Below, piece after piece: positions 1-8,818 of a stretch of DNA of 64,000 bases (within the stretch, counting starts at the first letter, position 1; each line of letters begins with the position of its first letter). Origin of the DNA: Anaerolinea sp. (lineage in GTDB: Bacteria > Chloroflexota > Anaerolineae > Anaerolineales > Anaerolineaceae); assembly GCA_029975055.1 (NCBI GenBank), contig JARKPU010000055.1, positions 17,251 through 81,250 on the forward strand, read 5' to 3'. A program made the position numbers and the translations under genes. The notes under the pieces are model-generated. The model was not told the DNA's origin and ran no database searches. It saw only the letters and a list, made by a program, of their open reading frames with translations.

Positions 1-1182
1 CTCGGGAATGACCACGTAATCTCCCAGGCGGTCGGGGAGCTTCTCATAGAACCCACGGTTGCCCAGCAGCCCCGAGGCGAGGAACTCCGCCGCGGGCGCC
101 GCCTTAAAACGCCCGCCCCAGGTGTGGCGGACGTACTCAGTGAAGCGCTCTTCGCGCCCGGGGCGCACAAACGCATAAGGCAGGCGCGCCTCGCCGGAGG
201 GCAGCATCGCCAGGCAGTTGAGCAGCTCGGGGTGGCGGCGCACCTCCAGGGCCGGGTCTTTGGGCGTAGAGATGTGCCCGTGATCGGCGGTGAGGAGAAA
301 GAGCGTATCCCCGCCGCGCCGCCCGGCTAAAAAGCGCCGCAGTTGCTGGCTGAAGGCGATCACCTCGCGCCAGACGCGCGGGTCTTGCGGGCCGTAGCGG
401 TGCGAGAGGTCATCCACCGCGCTCCAGTAGATGTAAATGTAGCGCTTCTCGCGGGCAGGCGCGGCCAGCAGGTCTTCCAGGTTGAGGAACAGGTCCGAAA
501 GGCTGAAGACCGGCGCGGTCTCGGCCTCGCGCTGCAGCATCCCTGAGAGGGAAGAGAAGGCGATCGAGCGGTGCAAAAAGGCATGCGGGCGCACGCCCTG
601 GAGCAGCAGGTGCGGCCCCAAGACCGGCACGGGCAGGAAGGCGGCGGCGTCGAACCCGGCCAGGCGCAGCCCGGCGACTCCTTCGGTGTAGGAGGCCGGG
701 CTGTGCAGCAGCATGTTGGCGATCAGGCTGTATTCCTTGAGGAAGACCTCGTAGCCGATGACGCCGTGCTCGGCGGGCAGCGCGCCCGTCCACAGGCTGG
801 TGAGCGCCGCGGCGGTGGTGCTGGGCGCCACGCTGGTCAGCGGAGCCAGCAGCGCATCTGCGGGTAGCTCGCGCCAGACGCGCAGGTCGGGGTCGGCGGC
901 GGCCTCTGCCAGCGCACGCTGGAGCATGTTCAGCCCGAAGCCATCCAGCAGGAGCAGCACCACGTTGCGGAAAGTGCGCCCCCAATAATTCTGGATGGGC
1001 GCCGCCAGCGCCGGGGCGGAAGTCTCGAGCGGGGGCACACCCAGCCAGCCGCAAACCGCGGCGGGCAGGTTGGCGATGGAAAGGCCCGCATAATGCGGGC
1101 ATGTGAATTCCGCGCCCAGCCCCAGGCCGGCGGGGCGGTTGGCGTCAATTTGCGGGAGCAGGTCATCCAGGTAATTTTGCAT
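1..1182 (-). CDS. Alkaline phosphatase superfamily protein (nucleotide pyrophosphatase/phosphodiesterase-like), partial, runs off the left edge
   Basis: My translation from ATG at 1182 gives MQNYLDDLL...VVLLLLDGFG...TSVAPSTTAAALTSLWTG...VDDLSHRYGP...LLTADHG, which are AP-superfamily metal and nucleophile motifs. It is absent from the ORF track because there is no stop in the window. TAGAAT lies 6 nt upstream of the ATG. Confidence 0.8.
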   Translation of the reverse strand, partial: MQNYLDDLLPQIDANRPAGLGLGAEFTCPHYAGLSIANLPAAVCGWLGVPPLETSAPALAAPIQNYWGRTFRNVVLLLLDGFGLNMLQRALAEAAADPDLRVWRELPADALLAPLTSVAPSTTAAALTSLWTGALPAEHGVIGYEVFLKEYSLIANMLLHSPASYTEGVAGLRLAGFDAAAFLPVPVLGPHLLLQGVRPHAFLHRSIAFSSLSGMLQREAETAPVFSLSDLFLNLEDLLAAPAREKRYIYIYWSAVDDLSHRYGPQDPRVWREVIAFSQQLRRFLAGRRGGDTLFLLTADHGHISTPKDPALEVRRHPELLNCLAMLPSGEARLPYAFVRPGREERFTEYVRHTWGGRFKAAPAAEFLASGLLGNRGFYEKLPDRLGDYVVIPE

Positions 1183-1329
1183 GCAGAGATTCTAACCCAT
1201 TCGCATTGCCTGCGATTCAAATCGCCGCTTAGAACAGCGCGAAGCCTGGCGGCGCAGGCCGGTTCTGCGGTTTGCCCGGCGCAGTTTCTGGCTGCCACAG
1301 AGAGGTTGCGGTGGCGCACCGGCCCCATT

Positions 1330-1358
1330 TTGACGCGGCAAGTCTCTTGGGCTATACT
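1330..1358 (+). promoter_or_regulatory. Sigma70-type promoter for the aldehyde dehydrogenase gene
   Basis: TTGACG-17 nt-TATACT, followed by an AAGGAG SD before ATG 1383. Confidence 0.65.
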
Positions 1359-1382
1359 TAACTCAAAGGAGAACCGACCTGT

Positions 1383-2969
1383 ATGGCAGCCGAAACCGCA
1401 TTCAAGCTGACTTACTCGACGATGTTCAACCCGCCCGAAGAGCTTCACACCCGCTTCGAAGAAGCGCTGGCAAAGGTGAAGACCGGCCTGGGCAGGGAAT
1501 ATGGCATGTTGATCGACGGCAAAGAGCGCTTCAGCGCCGAAAAGTTCGAAGACCGCTCCCCCGCCGATACCGAAGTCCTGCTGGGCGTGTTCCAGAAAGG
1601 CACCGCGCAAGATGCGAACGACGCCGTCGCCGCCGCCAAGAAAGCCTTTTACGCCTGGAGCCGCACCCCCTGGCAGGAACGCGTGGCGCTGGTGCGCAAG
1701 GCCGCCGCGTTGATCGACGAGCGCACCTTCGAAATCGGCGTGGCGGTCGCGATGGAAGTGGGCAAGAACCGCATGGAAGCCCTCGGCGACGTGGCCGAAA
1801 CCGCCGACCTCTTCCGCTATGCCTGCGATTCGATGGAGAAGAACAACGGCTACGTGGTTGAGATGGGCCGCGACCCGCTTCAGGGCTTCCTCTCCACCAA
1901 TGTCTCGGTGCTGCGGCCCTATGGGGTCTGGCTGGTGATCAGCCCGTTCAACTTCCCGGCGGCGCTCACCGGGGGCCCGTCGGCGGCGGCGCTGGTGGCC
2001 GGCAACACGCTGGTGATGAAACCTGCTTCCGACACCCCCTGGACGGCGCGGCTGCTCGCCGAGTGCCTGCGCGACGCCGGCCTGCCGGACGGGGTCTTCA
2101 ACTATGTCACCGGGCCGGGCAGCACCCTCGGGCAGGCCCTCATCGATCACCCGGATATCGCCGGGGTGACCTTCACCGGCTCGTACGACGTGGGGATGAA
2201 GATCTACCGCGATTTCGGCCATGGCCGCTGGATCCGTCCGACCATCCTCGAGCTGGGCGGCAAGAACCCGGCCATCGTCTCAAGGCACGCCAACCTGGAA
2301 GACGCCGCGGTGGGCATCACCCGCTCGGCGTTTGGGCTGCAGGGCCAGAAGTGCTCGGCCTGCTCGCGCGTGTTCATCGAAGAACCGGTCTATGATGCGC
2401 TTGTCGAGCGGCTGGTGGCCCTCACCGAAAAGATGAAGGTAGGCGACCCCACCGAACGCAGCGTTTACCTGGGGCCGGTGATTAACCGCTCTTCGTACCG
2501 CGATTATATGAACTTCGCCGAAGACCTGCACCAGAACGCCGTCATCCTCACCGGCGGGAAGACCCTCGCCGAGGGCGACCTTGCGCGTGGTTACTTTGTG
2601 GCGCCCACGCTGGCGGCCAACCTGCCCGCCGAACACCGCCTCTGGCAGCAAGAGATGTTCGTGCCGATCACCACGCTGGCGAAGGTGAAGAGCCTGGATG
2701 AAGCCATGCAGCGCGCCAACGACGTTGCCTACGGCCTGACCGCCGGGTTCTACGGCGCGCCGGATGAGGTGGACTGGTTCTATGACCACATCGAGGCCGG
2801 CGTCACCTATGCGAACCGGCCGCAGGGAGCCACCACCGGCGCCTGGCCCGGCTTCCAGCCCTTTGGCGGCTGGAAAGGCTCGGGGGCCAGCGGCAAAAAC
2901 TCAGGCGGCGTCTATTACCTGCCGCTCTACATGCACGAGCAGATCCGCACGCGGGTGACGCGCATCTGA
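1383..2969 (+). CDS. Aldehyde dehydrogenase, 1-pyrroline-5-carboxylate dehydrogenase-like (RocA/PruA group)
   Basis: ISPFNFP, FTGS, LELGGKNP, catalytic GQKCSACSR, EMFVP and QPFGGWKGSG motifs. Confidence 0.8.
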   Translation: MAAETAFKLTYSTMFNPPEELHTRFEEALAKVKTGLGREYGMLIDGKERFSAEKFEDRSPADTEVLLGVFQKGTAQDANDAVAAAKKAFYAWSRTPWQERVALVRKAAALIDERTFEIGVAVAMEVGKNRMEALGDVAETADLFRYACDSMEKNNGYVVEMGRDPLQGFLSTNVSVLRPYGVWLVISPFNFPAALTGGPSAAALVAGNTLVMKPASDTPWTARLLAECLRDAGLPDGVFNYVTGPGSTLGQALIDHPDIAGVTFTGSYDVGMKIYRDFGHGRWIRPTILELGGKNPAIVSRHANLEDAAVGITRSAFGLQGQKCSACSRVFIEEPVYDALVERLVALTEKMKVGDPTERSVYLGPVINRSSYRDYMNFAEDLHQNAVILTGGKTLAEGDLARGYFVAPTLAANLPAEHRLWQQEMFVPITTLAKVKSLDEAMQRANDVAYGLTAGFYGAPDEVDWFYDHIEAGVTYANRPQGATTGAWPGFQPFGGWKGSGASGKNSGGVYYLPLYMHEQIRTRVTRI

Positions 2970-2989
2970 TCCGGGGGAACGAGTGTAAT

Positions 2990-3048
2990 GGGCACGGGGA
3001 TTCTGACGCTGACGACCGTTTTGCAGCCCCCCGTGCCCGTGTTGTTTT
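2990..3048 (+). terminator. Possible terminator-like hairpin after the ALDH gene
   Basis: GGGCACGGGG (2990-2999) pairs with CCCCGTGCCC (3029-3038); the loop is long and is followed by GTGTTGTTTT. Confidence 0.3.
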
Positions 3049-3051
3049 AAA

Positions 3052-3291
3052 ATGAGCTACTCTAACCGCATCGGCACTTACCTGGTCTTGATCGGCGTCG
3101 TGCTGATCTTTATGTTCATCTTTTCCGATGTCGCCGGAAAACCGGCCTTTGGCTATTTCTTCCTCGGCGCGCTGAGCATGGTGGTGGGCGTGGCGCTGTG
3201 GTGGCGCTCACCCGCTCCGCCTTCCGAGCCGCCGGCGCGCTTTAGAACGATGCGCCGGTTGATGAAAAGAGACAAGAAAGAAAACAAATGA
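3052..3291 (+). CDS. Small two-TM membrane protein of unknown function
   Basis: 79 aa with two hydrophobic helices and a basic tail; ATGA overlap with the next gene. Confidence 0.65.
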   Translation: MSYSNRIGTYLVLIGVVLIFMFIFSDVAGKPAFGYFFLGALSMVVGVALWWRSPAPPSEPPARFRTMRRLMKRDKKENK

Positions 3292-4193
3292 TGGCGAAAC
3301 TTTGCACCCTCTCCGAAGCGATCTCGTCCTACGTTCACGATGGCGACACGCTCTATCTGGCCGGCTTCACTCATCTGATTCCCTTCGCCGCCGGGCATGA
3401 GATCATCCGCCAGGGCCGCAAGAACCTGGTGCTGGCGCGCGCCACGCCCGACCTGATCTACGACCAGATGGCGGCTGCCGGCTGCGCGCGGAAGATCATT
3501 TTCTCCTACATGGGCAACCCGGGGGTTGGCTCGCTCAAGGTGCTGCGCCGCCTGGTGGAAAGCGGCAGGCTGGAGTGGGAGGAATATTCGCACTTCGGCA
3601 TGATCACGCGCCTGCAGGCCGGGGCCTCGGGGCTGCCCTTTTTGCCCATGAACCCGACGGCCGCCTCCAGCCTGGAACAGGCCAACCCCAATTACCGCCG
3701 CGTCACCGATCCTTACTCCGGCTGCGAGGTGGTGGTGCTGCCGCCTCTCCACCCCGATGTCGCCGTGGTGCACGTCCAGCGGGCCGACGCCAACGGGAAC
3801 GCCCACATCTGGGGGATCATCGGCGAGCAAAAAGAGGCCGCTTTCGCCGCGAAACATGTCATCGTCACCGCCGAGGAGATCGTCCCCGAGGAGGTCATCC
3901 GCTCGGACCCGAACCGCACGTTGATCCCTGAATTCATCGTGGACGCGGTCTGCCATGTGCCGCACTGCGCGCACCCCTCTTATACGCAGGGTTACTACGA
4001 CCGCGACAATGAGCTGTACTTGAAGTGGGATGAGATCAGCGAGACGGATGAAGGCGTGCAGGCTTACCTGCAGGAATGGGTGTATGGCGTGAAAGACCGG
4101 GAAGCGTATTGGGCCAGGCTGGGCGCCGAGGTGCATGCGCGCCTGCAGGTGGCCCCGCGCCCGAGCCTGCCGGTGGATTACGGGGAATATTAG
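3288..4193 (+). CDS. Family I CoA-transferase subunit A (GctA/CatI-like)
   Basis: VHDGDTLYLAGFTHLIPFAAGHEIIRQ, GASGLPFLP, DVAVVHVQRADANGN, HPSYTQGYYDRD. Confidence 0.85.
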   Translation: MMAKLCTLSEAISSYVHDGDTLYLAGFTHLIPFAAGHEIIRQGRKNLVLARATPDLIYDQMAAAGCARKIIFSYMGNPGVGSLKVLRRLVESGRLEWEEYSHFGMITRLQAGASGLPFLPMNPTAASSLEQANPNYRRVTDPYSGCEVVVLPPLHPDVAVVHVQRADANGNAHIWGIIGEQKEAAFAAKHVIVTAEEIVPEEVIRSDPNRTLIPEFIVDAVCHVPHCAHPSYTQGYYDRDNELYLKWDEISETDEGVQAYLQEWVYGVKDREAYWARLGAEVHARLQVAPRPSLPVDYGEY

Positions 4194-4245
4194 AGGGTTC
4201 AGCACGCACAGCTGAAGTAGGCTCCGATCAAAGGAGTTCGCCATC

Positions 4246-4659
4246 ATGTTGATGAATCGCACCGCCAAAAGTATTCCCGAGGCCGAGTTAATCTACAAAG
4301 AAGAGGTTTATGCCATCATTGGCGCGGCGATGGAGGTGCAGGTGAACCTGGGAAGGGGGTTCCTCGAACCGGTTTATCAGGAAGCGCTGGCGATGGAATT
4401 CGATTCGAGAGGAATTCCGTACACCGAGCAAAAGGAGATGCCGATCTTTTATAAAGGGGTGAAGCTTTGTAAACAGTATCTGGCAGATTTCCTGGTGTTC
4501 GAGAAGATCATTGTCGAGATCAAGGCGGTGGAGAAGCTCAACAACATTCATGAGGCGCAGTTGTTGAATTATCTGAAAGCCAGCGGGATACAGCTGGGTT
4601 TGTTGATCAATTTCAACTCCTCGCGCCTGGAATGGAAAAGGATGATATTGACGAAATGA
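4246..4659 (+). CDS. GxxExxY protein (PD-(D/E)xK nuclease superfamily)
   Basis: Signature LGRGFLEPVYQEAL, plus ADFLVFEKIIVEIKA and QLLNYLKASGIQLGLLINF; visibly more AT-rich than its neighbours. Confidence 0.9.
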   Translation: MLMNRTAKSIPEAELIYKEEVYAIIGAAMEVQVNLGRGFLEPVYQEALAMEFDSRGIPYTEQKEMPIFYKGVKLCKQYLADFLVFEKIIVEIKAVEKLNNIHEAQLLNYLKASGIQLGLLINFNSSRLEWKRMILTK

Positions 4660-4668
4660 CTCGAGCGT

Positions 4669-4989
4669 CTCTTCGCGGTTAGATTCTGAACCACGAAGAA
4701 ACGCCAAGGAACACGAAAAAAGAGAGGATTGATTGGTTCTTTTTCGCGTCCTTCACCCCGGCGGGTGCGCCAAGGGCGTCGCGGGTAGATTCTGAACCGC
4801 GAAGAAACGCCAAGGAACACGAAATAAGAGAGGATTGCCTGGTTCTTCTTAGCGTTGCTTCGCGTCCTTTCGCGGTTAAATTTTAAAAACCGCGAAGGAA
4901 CGCCAAGGAACGCGAAATAAGAGAGGATTGATTGGTTCTTTTTCGCGTCCTTCACCCCCGCGGGTGCGCCAGGGGCGTCGCGGGTAGAT
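4669..4989. repeat. Tandem array of three imperfect palindromic units downstream of GxxExxY
   Basis: A 43-nt arm AACCRCGAAGRAACGCCAAGGAACRCGAAAWAAGAGAGGATTG at 4689-4731, 4795-4837 and 4888-4930; each copy is followed by a complementary TTCGCGTCCTT(T)C...GCGG arm. Confidence 0.9.
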
Positions 4990-5004
4990 AAAACAAAGGA
5001 GACT

Positions 5005-5772
5005 ATGGACTCGATAACCTGGACTGCATCGGAGCTGATGACGATCAACGCCGCGCGGCTGCTGCGCGACGGCGACGTGGTGTTCGTCGGCGTGGGGCTG
5101 CCCAACCTGGCCTGCAACCTGGCCCGCCGCACCCATGCCCCCAACCTCTACATGATCTATGAAGCCGGGGTGATCGGCGCGCGGCCCAACCGCCTGCCGC
5201 TTTCCATCGGCGACCCCACCCTGGTGAGCGGCGCCGCCGCCGTGTGCAGCATGTACGATATCTTCACCCTCTACCTGCAGCGCGGCAACGTGGACGTGGG
5301 CTTCCTCGGCGGCGCGCAGATCGACCGCTACGGCAACATCAACGCCACCGTCATCGGCGCCTATGACCACCCCAAAGTGCGCCTGCCCGGCTCCGGCGGC
5401 TCCATGGAGATCTCTGCCTGGGCCAACCGCAGCTACATCATCACCCCGCATCAAAAGCGGCGCTTCCCCGAACGGGTAGATTTTTACACCTCGGCGGGCT
5501 TTCTGGGCGGCAAAGGCGAGCGCCAGGCGGCCTGCGTGCGCGGCGGCGGGCCCCAGGCGGTGGTCACCAACCTGGGCATCCTCGAACCGGATGCCGACGG
5601 TGAATTGACCCTCGCCGCCCTCCACCCGGGCGCCACGGTGGAGGCTGCCCGCGAGAACACCGGCTGGCCGCTCAAAGTGGCCGCCGAACTGCGCACTACC
5701 CCGGCCCCAACCGCCGAGGAGCTGCGCATCCTGCGCGAAGAACTCGACCCGCAAGGCATCTACCTCAAGTGA
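5005..5772 (+). CDS. Family I CoA-transferase subunit B (GctB/CatJ-like)
   Basis: DGDVVFVGVGLP, IYEAG (catalytic Glu position), FLGGAQIDRYGNIN, LPGSGGS; AAGGAG SD. Confidence 0.85.
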   Translation: MDSITWTASELMTINAARLLRDGDVVFVGVGLPNLACNLARRTHAPNLYMIYEAGVIGARPNRLPLSIGDPTLVSGAAAVCSMYDIFTLYLQRGNVDVGFLGGAQIDRYGNINATVIGAYDHPKVRLPGSGGSMEISAWANRSYIITPHQKRRFPERVDFYTSAGFLGGKGERQAACVRGGGPQAVVTNLGILEPDADGELTLAALHPGATVEAARENTGWPLKVAAELRTTPAPTAEELRILREELDPQGIYLK

Positions 5773-5802
5773 ACCGCCACGCAACCGGAGTATAATTCGC
5801 GC

Positions 5803-6825
5803 ATGAGCGCCGACACGATCGAAGTTCTCATCACCCTGCCGCTGCCGGAAGACACCCTCGCCCCGCTGCGCGAACTGGCCCCGCGCGTGAACCTGACGGT
5901 TCACCCCGCCCGCCGCCCCGAAGACGCTCCCGATGAGCTGTGGAAAAAGATCGAAGTGCTCTACACCGACCGTGTCTTGCCGCCGCCGGAAAACGTCCCC
6001 AACCTGCGCTGGCTGCAGTTTCACTCCGCCGGCATCGACTTTGCCCTCGACTCGCCCCTCCTGCAAAAAGACGGCCTCAAAGTGACCACCCTCAGCGGGG
6101 CCGCCGCCCCGGCTGCCGCCGAATTTTGCCTCACCGTCTTGCTGGCCCTGGCGCACCACCTGCCCGACCTGTTCGCCGCGCAGGCGCGCTCCGAATGGCC
6201 GCGCGAGCGCTGGGAGCGCCTGGTGCCCCATGAATTGCGCGGCAGCACCGTGGGCATTGTGGGCTATGGCTCCATCGGCCGCGAGCTGGCCCGCCTGCTT
6301 GGGCCGCTTGGAGCGACCATCCTGGCAGCCAAGCACGACGCGATGCACCCCGAAGACGATGGCTACTTCGCCGAGGGCCTGGGCGACCCGCACGGCAACC
6401 TCTTTGCCCGGCTCTACCCCTTCCAGGCGGTGCGCTCCATGCTCAAATTGTGCGATTTCTGCGTCATCGCCACCCCGCTCACCCCCCAGACGCGCGGAAT
6501 GATCGGGCAGGAAGAGATCGCCGCCATGAAACCCGGCGCCCATCTGGTGGTGGTGGGGCGCGGCGGTGTGGTGGATGAAACCGCGCTCCTCGGCGCCCTG
6601 CAGGATAAACACCTGGCGGGCGCGGCGTTGGATGTCTTCGCCGAAGAACCGCTGGCGCCCACCAGCCCGCTGTGGAAGGCCCCCAACCTGATCGTCACAC
6701 CGCACATCGCCGGTTTGAGCGCCCACTACAACCAGCGCGCCGTTGCCCTGTTTGCCGCCAATCTGCGCCGCTACCTCACCGGCGCACCGCTCTACAACCA
6801 GTTCGATCCATCGCGCGGGTATTAA
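5803..6825 (+). CDS. D-2-hydroxyacid dehydrogenase family protein
   Basis: GIVGYGSIG Rossmann motif, GRGGVVDE, ALDVFAEEPL, TPHIAG; TATAAT 6 nt before the ATG. Confidence 0.85.
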   Translation: MSADTIEVLITLPLPEDTLAPLRELAPRVNLTVHPARRPEDAPDELWKKIEVLYTDRVLPPPENVPNLRWLQFHSAGIDFALDSPLLQKDGLKVTTLSGAAAPAAAEFCLTVLLALAHHLPDLFAAQARSEWPRERWERLVPHELRGSTVGIVGYGSIGRELARLLGPLGATILAAKHDAMHPEDDGYFAEGLGDPHGNLFARLYPFQAVRSMLKLCDFCVIATPLTPQTRGMIGQEEIAAMKPGAHLVVVGRGGVVDETALLGALQDKHLAGAALDVFAEEPLAPTSPLWKAPNLIVTPHIAGLSAHYNQRAVALFAANLRRYLTGAPLYNQFDPSRGY

Positions 6826-6885
6826 TCCCCAGCCTTGCACCCCGGCCCGCCTTGCCAGGCATCTTCTCTGCATGACAGGTGATCT

Positions 6886-7626
6886 ATGCGGAAATTCGAT
6901 TTAGTGTTATTCGACCTCGGCGCAACCTTGATCTACTTCGACGGCGACTGGGAAGCCTCCCTCAAAGAAGGCATCCTCGCCATGCAGCGCAAGCTCCACG
7001 AGCTCGGCTACGCGGTGGATGGCGACTTCCCCACCCACTACCGCGAGACGGCGCGTGAATACTTCCGCTGGCGCGATGACAACCTGTCCGAGACGCCCGC
7101 CCCGGAGGTCTTCCGGCAGATCATGGCTTCTTACTGCTGCGAGGACATCCCCGAAGAGCATGTCACCGCCGCTCTCAGCGTGTTATATGCCAGCACCCAG
7201 GCGCGCTGGCAGCCCGAAGCCGATGCCGTGCCCACCCTGGCCCGCCTGAAGGACGCCGGTTACCGCATCGGGCTGGTTTCGAACGCCGGTTACGATGAAG
7301 ACGTGCGCGTGCTGGTGGATAAAGCCGGCCTGCGCCCCTACCTGGAATTTATCATCACCTCCGCTGCAGCGCGCATCCGTAAACCGCACCCCGAGATCTT
7401 CCAGGCTGCGCTCCAATTCTTTGGTATGCGCCCCGCCCAGGCCGTGATGGTCGGAGATTTCCTCCAGGCCGATGTGCTGGGGGCCAACCGGCTCGGCATG
7501 GGCAGTGTGTGGATCACCCGGCGCGTGGATGTGGCCGCCGCCCGGCCTGTTCTGGCAAAGATCCGCCCCGACCGCACCATCGGCGCCCTCTCCGAACTGC
7601 CCGGCGTGTTACACAACTGGGAATAG
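6886..7626 (+). CDS. HAD-superfamily hydrolase
   Basis: FDLGATL (motif I variant), VSNA, KPHPEIF, MVGDFLQADVLGA. Confidence 0.8.
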   Translation: MRKFDLVLFDLGATLIYFDGDWEASLKEGILAMQRKLHELGYAVDGDFPTHYRETAREYFRWRDDNLSETPAPEVFRQIMASYCCEDIPEEHVTAALSVLYASTQARWQPEADAVPTLARLKDAGYRIGLVSNAGYDEDVRVLVDKAGLRPYLEFIITSAAARIRKPHPEIFQAALQFFGMRPAQAVMVGDFLQADVLGANRLGMGSVWITRRVDVAAARPVLAKIRPDRTIGALSELPGVLHNWE

Positions 7627-7632
7627 AGTTCT

Positions 7633-7727
7633 AAACCACCAAGGGGCGCGAAAATCCGCTAAAAATGAAGGGCGCTTTCGCCCTCCACCTGTTCATTTCG
7701 CGTTCCTTCGCTTGGTTCCGCGGTTTT
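7633..7727. repeat. Solo copy of the GxxExxY-associated palindromic repeat between convergent genes
   Basis: TTCGCGTTCCTTCGCTTGGTTCCGCGGTT (7697-7725) resembles the reverse complement of the 4888 arm; left arm AACCACCAAGGGGCGCGAAAATCCGCTAA. Confidence 0.6.
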
Positions 7728-7728
7728 T

Positions 7729-8688
7729 TTATGGCCTGGCCTCGAGGAGCAGCTCCACGCGGGCGATGGCCCCGCCCAGGCTGTACACGCTCAGCTCGAA
7801 CGGCACCCTGCTCCCGCCTGCGGGCGGCGCGGAATTTTCCCAGCGGCGCACCCCCAGCGGGGTTCCATCGGCCGCATAGGCCACCGCCGCCACCCAAACG
7901 ACGCCCGCCCCGCCTGCATCCAGCGCCACGCTGCCCCGCGCGTGCGCCGAAAGCCCGTCTGAAGCGATCGTCACGCTCTGGCCCTCCAGCCGGGCCTGGA
8001 CATAGCGCGTATCGCCCTCGGGGAGCGGCAGCCCGGTGACCAGTTCGGCCCCGGCCTCGAACTCTTCCGGGGCAGGCGCATCCACATAGGCCACCAGCGG
8101 CAGGCTGGCCCCCGGCTCGAGCAGATTGAGCGGCGCGAAGGCCGCCAGCTCGAGGATTTCGCTGGAGGGTTTCACCAGCAGGCGCACCTTTGCGCTCAAG
8201 TTCTCCACGGCCTGGCCGGTGGAATTGGTCGCCAGCGCCAGGCAGGTCAGGCTGCCATCCAGCGCGCGGTAGCAGGCAGGCTGCGCCAGCGTCACCGGCA
8301 GGGGCGTGGGGGTCGGGTTTTGAACGGTGGGCGTGGGGCGGCTGCCCGAAGGGACGATCAACACCGTGCCCACCCGCATCGCGCGCGGGTTGACGGTGGG
8401 GTTGGCGGTCAGCAGCACGTCGAGGGTCACGCCGTAGCGGTACGCGATGCCGAACATATCCTCGCCATCCTGCACCACATGCCTGAGCGGCGTGGGGGTG
8501 AGCGATGGCAGCGGGGAGGGCGTAGAGCGGCTCAGGCTGGGGGTCACCCCGGCCGGGGGCAGAGGGGTGTAGGGGGTGAGCGCCCCGGCGCGCGGCGTTG
8601 CGCTGGGGGTGGCGGCAGGGGCGGCGGCAGGCGGCGCAGCGCAGCCGGCCAGGACGATCGCCGCGAGAAAGGCAAGCAGTTTACGCAT
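7729..8688 (-). CDS. LysM-domain lipoprotein with Thr/Pro-rich linkers
   Basis: Lipobox IVLAGC, LysM HVVQDGEDMFGIAYRYGVTLDVLLTANP...LIVP; start moved to MRKLLAF, which has TATAAT 6 nt upstream. Confidence 0.8.
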   Translation of the reverse strand: MRKLLAFLAAIVLAGCAAPPAAAPAATPSATPRAGALTPYTPLPPAGVTPSLSRSTPSPLPSLTPTPLRHVVQDGEDMFGIAYRYGVTLDVLLTANPTVNPRAMRVGTVLIVPSGSRPTPTVQNPTPTPLPVTLAQPACYRALDGSLTCLALATNSTGQAVENLSAKVRLLVKPSSEILELAAFAPLNLLEPGASLPLVAYVDAPAPEEFEAGAELVTGLPLPEGDTRYVQARLEGQSVTIASDGLSAHARGSVALDAGGAGVVWVAAVAYAADGTPLGVRRWENSAPPAGGSRVPFELSVYSLGGAIARVELLLEARP

Positions 8689-8694
8689 GCGGCA

Positions 8695-8812
8695 ATTATA
8701 CCCGCCCGGGCGCAGCGCATTCCCTTCCCTGCCCGTTAGCCGTTTCTCAGCCTTCCTTCTCGAAGCTGGGCAATTCACCCGGCTTGCCCGCTGGAAAAGC
8801 CTATGCTAAACT
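8695..8812. promoter_or_regulatory. Back-to-back leaderless-type promoters
   Basis: Minus strand: TATAAT (8695-8700) 6 nt from ATG 8688. Plus strand: TTGCCC (8784-8789)-17 nt-TAAACT (8807-8812, TGn-extended) 6 nt from ATG 8819. Confidence 0.6.
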
Positions 8813-8818
8813 CAAAGC

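Noticed and set aside
4669-4989. CRISPR array next to a nuclease
   Set aside because: There are only three units, the inter-repeat segments 1 and 3 are near-identical and are complementary arms rather than unique spacers, and no cas genes are present
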